The position numbers were made by a program, and so were the translations under genes. A stretch of DNA of 37,613 bases from assembly GCA_000004985.1 (NCBI GenBank), contig GG739158.1. One strand, given 5' to 3'. Source of the DNA: Naegleria gruberi (taxonomy: Eukaryota). The notes beneath the pieces were generated by a model that was not told the DNA's origin, searched no databases, and saw nothing but the letters and a program-made list of their open reading frames with translations. Of this stretch, positions 1 through 7,200 are shown one piece after another. Position 1 is the first letter of the stretch; each line of letters opens with the position of its first letter.

Positions 1-38
1 GTATTTGGATATCACACATTTAGGTAAGGATTAAATAG

Positions 39-359
39 AATATTGAAAATTTATTGAACTATTTACAAAGACAATGTATTTATGGGGCTGCTCTTGCTCT
101 TGTTTCAGTTTATTCCATTACTAAAGTAATGATAATTGCCAGAAAACAAAACTTTAGCTTGTTGGTATTGTTGTTAAACATTAGCTTTTTAAGTTTGAGC
201 TTTTTCACTAGATATTCATGGGAAAGTTATAGCCAAGTAGATGAAAAATCTGAAAAGAGAAGCATGTTCAACGTTTACTTACCAGGAATGGTTGCGATTG
301 GCGTCCTTTTATTGTCAGAAACCTATGTTGGCTCTACCGAAAAACAATCCAATCATTAA
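39..359 (+). CDS. C-terminal exon (or whole small ORF from ATG 126) of a hydrophobic multi-pass membrane protein; family not recognised
   Basis: Open frame from after the TAG at 36-38 to the TAA at 357-359. The track's 'M' at 54 is a TTG and is not credible; the first in-frame ATG is at 126. Two clear hydrophobic segments are visible (FSLLVLLLNISFLSLSFF and GMVAIGVLLLSETYVG), and codon composition looks coding. A hydrophobic stretch before the first ATG suggests upstream exons lie outside the window. Confidence 0.3.
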   Translation, partial: NIENLLNYLQRQCIYGAALALVSVYSITKVMIIARKQNFSLLVLLLNISFLSLSFFTRYSWESYSQVDEKSEKRSMFNVYLPGMVAIGVLLLSETYVGSTEKQSNH

Positions 360-364
360 ATAAT

Positions 365-1081
365 TTATTGACTTTCTAGATATTCAATTTCTTCTGGAGT
401 ACTTTCTCTTCCTAAGGCCTTATTTCTATATGGGAATCTTCCAAACTTTTGAATGACTTCTCTGTGGTTAATAGCATACTTATTGAAAAGAGCCATAGCT
501 TCATGTTCTTCAACGAGTTTACCAAAAAGTTCGCATGACATGTCTTGTAATTCTGCATCTTCAGCGTGTTCTAATGGGAAGTAGAACCAGATCTTTTGTA
601 ATGGGAATTCAAATTGTTGGTCAATTTGGTTTTCAATACACCATAATGAAAGCTTGACTGCAACATCATCAAAAGCAAAACTCTTTGCACTATTTCTGTA
701 CATATTTCTTGGAAATTGATCCAACATGATCATAGCAGATAGCAAGGTTTCCTTAGATTGCTTCTTCAAAACTGCATCAATTTCTTCGAATGACTTTTCA
801 AAGAGAAGTTCAAGCTTATTGGAAAGGGCAGCAACATGGGATTCGAATAATTTCTTAATACCTTGATCAATGGTTGGACTTGACTTGAACCACCATTGTT
901 GAGGAGCCATGTCACCTTGGAACCAAAATTCCAAAACCTTATCTCTTATTGGATAGAATACCATCATGTCATTCAATTGATACAAGAGGGATAAATCTGT
1001 TGGTGTAACAAGAGCTTGTGATTGAATTTCTGGATAACAAGAAATGAGTCTCATAATAGCATGACGTACAACAATTGGCAT
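365..1081 (-). CDS. DUF924-family protein, single visible exon; coordinates include stop codon 365-367; possible ATG start at 1079-1081 abuts the N-run
   Basis: A continuous 238-codon frame. Family-typical motifs are present: VLEFWF..QQWWFKS near the N-terminus, DQFPRN in the middle, and a C-terminal FGRFPYRNKALGRESTPEEIEYL matching the DUF924 hallmark (RFPHRN..LGRxSTxEE..FL). Codon usage is biased to C-ending codons (TTC, AAC, ATC, AAG). Confidence 0.75.
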   Translation of the reverse strand: MPIVVRHAIMRLISCYPEIQSQALVTPTDLSLLYQLNDMMVFYPIRDKVLEFWFQGDMAPQQWWFKSSPTIDQGIKKLFESHVAALSNKLELLFEKSFEEIDAVLKKQSKETLLSAMIMLDQFPRNMYRNSAKSFAFDDVAVKLSLWCIENQIDQQFEFPLQKIWFYFPLEHAEDAELQDMSCELFGKLVEEHEAMALFNKYAINHREVIQKFGRFPYRNKALGRESTPEEIEYLESQ

Positions 1082-1083
1082 AG

Positions 1084-2194
1084 NNNNNNNNNNNNNNNNN
1101 NNNNNNNNNNNNNNNNNNNNNNNNNNNNNNNNNNNNNNNNNNNNNNNNNNNNNNNNNNNNNNNNNNNNNNNNNNNNNNNNNNNNNNNNNNNNNNNNNNNN
1201 NNNNNNNNNNNNNNNNNNNNNNNNNNNNNNNNNNNNNNNNNNNNNNNNNNNNNNNNNNNNNNNNNNNNNNNNNNNNNNNNNNNNNNNNNNNNNNNNNNNN
1301 NNNNNNNNNNNNNNNNNNNNNNNNNNNNNNNNNNNNNNNNNNNNNNNNNNNNNNNNNNNNNNNNNNNNNNNNNNNNNNNNNNNNNNNNNNNNNNNNNNNN
1401 NNNNNNNNNNNNNNNNNNNNNNNNNNNNNNNNNNNNNNNNNNNNNNNNNNNNNNNNNNNNNNNNNNNNNNNNNNNNNNNNNNNNNNNNNNNNNNNNNNNN
1501 NNNNNNNNNNNNNNNNNNNNNNNNNNNNNNNNNNNNNNNNNNNNNNNNNNNNNNNNNNNNNNNNNNNNNNNNNNNNNNNNNNNNNNNNNNNNNNNNNNNN
1601 NNNNNNNNNNNNNNNNNNNNNNNNNNNNNNNNNNNNNNNNNNNNNNNNNNNNNNNNNNNNNNNNNNNNNNNNNNNNNNNNNNNNNNNNNNNNNNNNNNNN
1701 NNNNNNNNNNNNNNNNNNNNNNNNNNNNNNNNNNNNNNNNNNNNNNNNNNNNNNNNNNNNNNNNNNNNNNNNNNNNNNNNNNNNNNNNNNNNNNNNNNNN
1801 NNNNNNNNNNNNNNNNNNNNNNNNNNNNNNNNNNNNNNNNNNNNNNNNNNNNNNNNNNNNNNNNNNNNNNNNNNNNNNNNNNNNNNNNNNNNNNNNNNNN
1901 NNNNNNNNNNNNNNNNNNNNNNNNNNNNNNNNNNNNNNNNNNNNNNNNNNNNNNNNNNNNNNNNNNNNNNNNNNNNNNNNNNNNNNNNNNNNNNNNNNNN
2001 NNNNNNNNNNNNNNNNNNNNNNNNNNNNNNNNNNNNNNNNNNNNNNNNNNNNNNNNNNNNNNNNNNNNNNNNNNNNNNNNNNNNNNNNNNNNNNNNNNNN
2101 NNNNNNNNNNNNNNNNNNNNNNNNNNNNNNNNNNNNNNNNNNNNNNNNNNNNNNNNNNNNNNNNNNNNNNNNNNNNNNNNNNNNNNNNNNNNNN
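1084..2194. other. Unresolved/masked sequence (1,111 N)
   Basis: A run of n characters. It must hide the 3' half of the PhoPQ-like gene and the 5' end or promoter of the DUF924 gene. Confidence 1.
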
Positions 2195-2240
2195 CCCCAT
2201 TGCTTCAGGCCAAAAACAAAGTGAATTATATGTATGTTCT

Positions 2241-2272
2241 ATATTTTACAATAATTTACAATAATTTACAAT
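2241..2272. repeat. Tandem decamer repeat (ATAATTTACA, about 3 copies with 1 mismatch)
   Basis: Read directly as atattttaca ataatttaca ataatttaca at. It lies in an AT-rich non-coding stretch (intron or 3' region) downstream of the PhoPQ-like coding exon on the minus strand. Confidence 0.8.
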
Positions 2273-2295
2273 CCAGTCAATAAGAATTTCATAGT

Positions 2296-3147
2296 TCAAT
2301 ATACAACTAGTTCAATAAAAAGAAAAAAAAACATACCCAATACTTCTCTTGTTTTCCAAATTGGAATAACAATAGGAATAATACTCTTAACTCTCTGATC
2401 AACAACACCAACAAGATTTGTCGTCCAACCTCTCTTTGAAGCACCAGCAACATGAAAATCTTCAACCTTAATATTAAGATTTTTCAATAAATATTCTTGA
2501 ACTAAATCCATAGCAAATAGAGTTGACTTGACCATTGGAAGTCTTGGAATCCATTCAGTATTACTTTTCAATTCATCATTTTCCTGTGTTAAATTCATAA
2601 ATCTTGCCCAAGCAAATGCTAAAATTGCATCTTCAACTCGACTCTTCTTTTCTGGATCTGATAAGAAAGTGAGTGGTTGATTTGGAATTTGATGAATGGT
2701 ACAAACAATTGATTTTGTTAAAACACCCATTTGAATTAATTCCTTGTCAAGTGTTGGAACTTGTGAATTTGATGATCCACCTGCAATTAACATGAGTGCT
2801 TGTTTAGTTTGAGTTATTTGATAGGGAACAACAATTTCAACAAAATGATACCACTCACTACGTGACACTTCCTTGTTAGTTAACCATTTGACACTTGTCA
2901 TGTTAAATACATAAAATTTAGCAGTGTTTGGAATGTCAACCGAATTTAAAAGTTGATATTTAAAATTTTCATTAGAACGATCTTTCATATAGTCAAAAAT
3001 TACTTGATGATAATTAATGTCATTATTGACATGAGAAGTGACAGGATGATTATTTAATGATACACATGTTGCCATGTTAATGATCATTAAAAATATGGCA
3101 ATAAATGTAATCAACTTCATTGTTAATGATGAATTAACTTGTTGCAT
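2296..3147 (-). CDS. PhoPQ-activated pathogenicity-related protein family (Dictyostelium AprA-like secreted alpha/beta-hydrolase-fold protein), 5' portion. Start ATG at 3145-3147 (alternative ATG at 3118-3120). The true 3' end of this exon is uncertain (about 2330-2345), and the rest of the gene is in the N-run.
   Basis: The N-terminus MQQVNSSLTMKLITFIAIFLMIINMATCVS is a classic signal peptide. The body has family-like motifs: LIAGGSSN, IPNQPLTFLSDPE, PMVKSTLFAMD, and a nucleophile-elbow-like HVAGASKRGWTT followed by VDQRV..IIPIV. The readable part codes about 275 aa whereas family members are about 450-500 aa, and the frame's last codons (..KTREVLGMFFFLFIELVVY*) look non-coding. Confidence 0.55.
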   Translation of the reverse strand: MQQVNSSLTMKLITFIAIFLMIINMATCVSLNNHPVTSHVNNDINYHQVIFDYMKDRSNENFKYQLLNSVDIPNTAKFYVFNMTSVKWLTNKEVSRSEWYHFVEIVVPYQITQTKQALMLIAGGSSNSQVPTLDKELIQMGVLTKSIVCTIHQIPNQPLTFLSDPEKKSRVEDAILAFAWARFMNLTQENDELKSNTEWIPRLPMVKSTLFAMDLVQEYLLKNLNIKVEDFHVAGASKRGWTTNLVGVVDQRVKSIIPIVIPIWKTREVLGMFFFLFIELVVY

Positions 3148-3178
3148 TTTTTTTTAACAAATCGTCCTTCTAAAAAAA
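3148..3178. promoter_or_regulatory. Extremely short divergent intergenic region between head-to-head genes (T9 tract, then ..ctaaaaaa before the + strand ATG)
   Basis: The minus-strand ATG at 3145-3147 is preceded by A9 on its own strand, and the plus-strand ATG at 3179 is preceded by AAAAAAA. Only 31 nt separate the two start codons (58 nt if the minus gene starts at 3120). Confidence 0.45.
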
Positions 3179-4210
3179 TGCCTCAACATGACCACCCTCC
3201 GGATACGGAAGGGAGTACTCTGCTCGCTAACAGAATCTTTGTGTTAGAGAGAGCATTAGAAACCTCCCAAAAGGAAAACACATGTCTCCGGGAATCTATT
3301 CAAAATTTTGTAAATATTATAAGCGACCACATACTAAATAATAATAATAACGGTCCAATCACACTTGTAAATAATCTAATGGATGAGGCAAATAAGTTTA
3401 CATCTATTACACAAAAAAGTGGAAATCCATCAAATGATGGAAATCTATCAAATAATAGAAATCTATCAAATTGTGGAAAAACTACTGAATCGGAAATTAT
3501 TCCAGATGACAGTGGTAAAACTAAAAATAGACCTGCTACATATTCAGAAATAACAAGGTCAACTCCTATTAAAAGTCAACCAAATATTAAAAAAGTAATA
3601 GCTAAACAAAACACAGCAACTAATAAGATGAAAAGAAATATGGCTACTAATTATAAATCTAATAAGCGTAGATTAACTACAAATCCTAATCTAATTATTA
3701 ATGTTATCTGCTATAAAGATGCAACTAATGAATTAGTTGAACAAATTTCAGACCTCCTTGATAACTTTCCCCCAGTCAGGATTAATCGTTATTGTAAAAA
3801 TGTTATCAATGTCATTTGTACTAATGACTCTGACTATAAGCAATATTTTAATATTTTAAATGAATGTGTTGTTGATAGGAAATTTGTATTAGAATGTTTC
3901 CCATCTCCAGCAATCTTTACTCCAAAACCTCTTGCTTTATGTCATTCTACTAGTTCCAAAAATATTCATTATAGACTATTGGAAAAAATTATTGAATATT
4001 ATATTATTGAAAAGGGAATTAATGTTGAAGGATTATATACCAACTATTCCCATAAACAATATATTACTAGAATATCATTTGATAATGAGAAAACGTGCTC
4101 TGAACTTGCTTCAGCTCTTGATTTACAACACTATAAAACAGTAGAGCAAATCAGAAGTGAACAAAAGAGACAACATCTCAATGCACATTCCCTATTCAAT
4201 TTACTGATAA
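3179..4210 (+). CDS. Uncharacterised protein, N-terminal 344 aa, with a coiled-coil-like N-terminus, an Asn5 tract, (G/R)N(P/L)SN(D/N/C) hexapeptide repeats, and a Cys-containing C-terminal region. It runs into the 31.9-kb N block. Possibly an orphan or mobile-element-derived gene.
   Basis: An uninterrupted 1,032-nt open frame in an AT-rich genome where random frames close quickly. The ATG at 3179 has an AAAAAAATGC context, and an in-frame TGA lies upstream at 3130-3132. Codon usage is strongly A/T-ending (AAT, AAA, ATT, TTA), unlike the neighbouring genes. No family is recognised. Confidence 0.6.
3421..3474 (+). repeat. 18-nt imperfect tandem repeat x3 within coding sequence (ggaaatcCatcaaatGat / ggaaatcTatcaaatAat / Agaaatctatcaaattgt), encoding GNPSND-GNLSNN-RNLSNC
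   Basis: Read directly from the sequence. An (AAT)5 microsatellite encoding N5 also lies upstream at about 3337-3352. Confidence 0.85.
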
Positions 4211-7200
4211 NNNNNNNNNNNNNNNNNNNNNNNNNNNNNNNNNNNNNNNNNNNNNNNNNNNNNNNNNNNNNNNNNNNNNNNNNNNNNNNNNNNNNNNNNN
4301 NNNNNNNNNNNNNNNNNNNNNNNNNNNNNNNNNNNNNNNNNNNNNNNNNNNNNNNNNNNNNNNNNNNNNNNNNNNNNNNNNNNNNNNNNNNNNNNNNNNN
4401 NNNNNNNNNNNNNNNNNNNNNNNNNNNNNNNNNNNNNNNNNNNNNNNNNNNNNNNNNNNNNNNNNNNNNNNNNNNNNNNNNNNNNNNNNNNNNNNNNNNN
4501 NNNNNNNNNNNNNNNNNNNNNNNNNNNNNNNNNNNNNNNNNNNNNNNNNNNNNNNNNNNNNNNNNNNNNNNNNNNNNNNNNNNNNNNNNNNNNNNNNNNN
4601 NNNNNNNNNNNNNNNNNNNNNNNNNNNNNNNNNNNNNNNNNNNNNNNNNNNNNNNNNNNNNNNNNNNNNNNNNNNNNNNNNNNNNNNNNNNNNNNNNNNN
4701 NNNNNNNNNNNNNNNNNNNNNNNNNNNNNNNNNNNNNNNNNNNNNNNNNNNNNNNNNNNNNNNNNNNNNNNNNNNNNNNNNNNNNNNNNNNNNNNNNNNN
4801 NNNNNNNNNNNNNNNNNNNNNNNNNNNNNNNNNNNNNNNNNNNNNNNNNNNNNNNNNNNNNNNNNNNNNNNNNNNNNNNNNNNNNNNNNNNNNNNNNNNN
4901 NNNNNNNNNNNNNNNNNNNNNNNNNNNNNNNNNNNNNNNNNNNNNNNNNNNNNNNNNNNNNNNNNNNNNNNNNNNNNNNNNNNNNNNNNNNNNNNNNNNN
5001 NNNNNNNNNNNNNNNNNNNNNNNNNNNNNNNNNNNNNNNNNNNNNNNNNNNNNNNNNNNNNNNNNNNNNNNNNNNNNNNNNNNNNNNNNNNNNNNNNNNN
5101 NNNNNNNNNNNNNNNNNNNNNNNNNNNNNNNNNNNNNNNNNNNNNNNNNNNNNNNNNNNNNNNNNNNNNNNNNNNNNNNNNNNNNNNNNNNNNNNNNNNN
5201 NNNNNNNNNNNNNNNNNNNNNNNNNNNNNNNNNNNNNNNNNNNNNNNNNNNNNNNNNNNNNNNNNNNNNNNNNNNNNNNNNNNNNNNNNNNNNNNNNNNN
5301 NNNNNNNNNNNNNNNNNNNNNNNNNNNNNNNNNNNNNNNNNNNNNNNNNNNNNNNNNNNNNNNNNNNNNNNNNNNNNNNNNNNNNNNNNNNNNNNNNNNN
5401 NNNNNNNNNNNNNNNNNNNNNNNNNNNNNNNNNNNNNNNNNNNNNNNNNNNNNNNNNNNNNNNNNNNNNNNNNNNNNNNNNNNNNNNNNNNNNNNNNNNN
5501 NNNNNNNNNNNNNNNNNNNNNNNNNNNNNNNNNNNNNNNNNNNNNNNNNNNNNNNNNNNNNNNNNNNNNNNNNNNNNNNNNNNNNNNNNNNNNNNNNNNN
5601 NNNNNNNNNNNNNNNNNNNNNNNNNNNNNNNNNNNNNNNNNNNNNNNNNNNNNNNNNNNNNNNNNNNNNNNNNNNNNNNNNNNNNNNNNNNNNNNNNNNN
5701 NNNNNNNNNNNNNNNNNNNNNNNNNNNNNNNNNNNNNNNNNNNNNNNNNNNNNNNNNNNNNNNNNNNNNNNNNNNNNNNNNNNNNNNNNNNNNNNNNNNN
5801 NNNNNNNNNNNNNNNNNNNNNNNNNNNNNNNNNNNNNNNNNNNNNNNNNNNNNNNNNNNNNNNNNNNNNNNNNNNNNNNNNNNNNNNNNNNNNNNNNNNN
5901 NNNNNNNNNNNNNNNNNNNNNNNNNNNNNNNNNNNNNNNNNNNNNNNNNNNNNNNNNNNNNNNNNNNNNNNNNNNNNNNNNNNNNNNNNNNNNNNNNNNN
6001 NNNNNNNNNNNNNNNNNNNNNNNNNNNNNNNNNNNNNNNNNNNNNNNNNNNNNNNNNNNNNNNNNNNNNNNNNNNNNNNNNNNNNNNNNNNNNNNNNNNN
6101 NNNNNNNNNNNNNNNNNNNNNNNNNNNNNNNNNNNNNNNNNNNNNNNNNNNNNNNNNNNNNNNNNNNNNNNNNNNNNNNNNNNNNNNNNNNNNNNNNNNN
6201 NNNNNNNNNNNNNNNNNNNNNNNNNNNNNNNNNNNNNNNNNNNNNNNNNNNNNNNNNNNNNNNNNNNNNNNNNNNNNNNNNNNNNNNNNNNNNNNNNNNN
6301 NNNNNNNNNNNNNNNNNNNNNNNNNNNNNNNNNNNNNNNNNNNNNNNNNNNNNNNNNNNNNNNNNNNNNNNNNNNNNNNNNNNNNNNNNNNNNNNNNNNN
6401 NNNNNNNNNNNNNNNNNNNNNNNNNNNNNNNNNNNNNNNNNNNNNNNNNNNNNNNNNNNNNNNNNNNNNNNNNNNNNNNNNNNNNNNNNNNNNNNNNNNN
6501 NNNNNNNNNNNNNNNNNNNNNNNNNNNNNNNNNNNNNNNNNNNNNNNNNNNNNNNNNNNNNNNNNNNNNNNNNNNNNNNNNNNNNNNNNNNNNNNNNNNN
6601 NNNNNNNNNNNNNNNNNNNNNNNNNNNNNNNNNNNNNNNNNNNNNNNNNNNNNNNNNNNNNNNNNNNNNNNNNNNNNNNNNNNNNNNNNNNNNNNNNNNN
6701 NNNNNNNNNNNNNNNNNNNNNNNNNNNNNNNNNNNNNNNNNNNNNNNNNNNNNNNNNNNNNNNNNNNNNNNNNNNNNNNNNNNNNNNNNNNNNNNNNNNN
6801 NNNNNNNNNNNNNNNNNNNNNNNNNNNNNNNNNNNNNNNNNNNNNNNNNNNNNNNNNNNNNNNNNNNNNNNNNNNNNNNNNNNNNNNNNNNNNNNNNNNN
6901 NNNNNNNNNNNNNNNNNNNNNNNNNNNNNNNNNNNNNNNNNNNNNNNNNNNNNNNNNNNNNNNNNNNNNNNNNNNNNNNNNNNNNNNNNNNNNNNNNNNN
7001 NNNNNNNNNNNNNNNNNNNNNNNNNNNNNNNNNNNNNNNNNNNNNNNNNNNNNNNNNNNNNNNNNNNNNNNNNNNNNNNNNNNNNNNNNNNNNNNNNNNN
7101 NNNNNNNNNNNNNNNNNNNNNNNNNNNNNNNNNNNNNNNNNNNNNNNNNNNNNNNNNNNNNNNNNNNNNNNNNNNNNNNNNNNNNNNNNNNNNNNNNNNN

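Noticed and set aside
1-38. Window begins with GT...TAG|GTAAGG, considered as exon-intron junctions for gene A
   Set aside because: It is too short and ambiguous. Several AG sites (23, 38, 70) are possible and there is no upstream exon to anchor a model.
54-56. TTG 'start codons' used by the ORF track (for example at 54 and at 3139)
   Set aside because: The track evidently allows bacterial alternative starts. This is a eukaryotic sequence, so I moved the starts to in-frame ATGs (3179 for gene D) or treated the frame as an internal exon (39..359).
365-2224. The 611-aa '-' ORF starting with 'MG' at 2200 and the 400-aa '+' ORF 1022..2224 spanning the 1,111-N run
   Set aside because: These are the same artefact. 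The '+' ORF 1022..1083 is simply the antisense frame of the DUF924 exon. The ATGGGG at 2200-2195 cannot be shown to connect to the DUF924 gene.
3932-4144. 70-aa '+' ORF in an alternative frame inside gene D
   Set aside because: It is fully nested in the long, coherent 3179..4210 frame, has no start context, and is rich in I/L/K as expected from frame-shifted AT-rich coding DNA.
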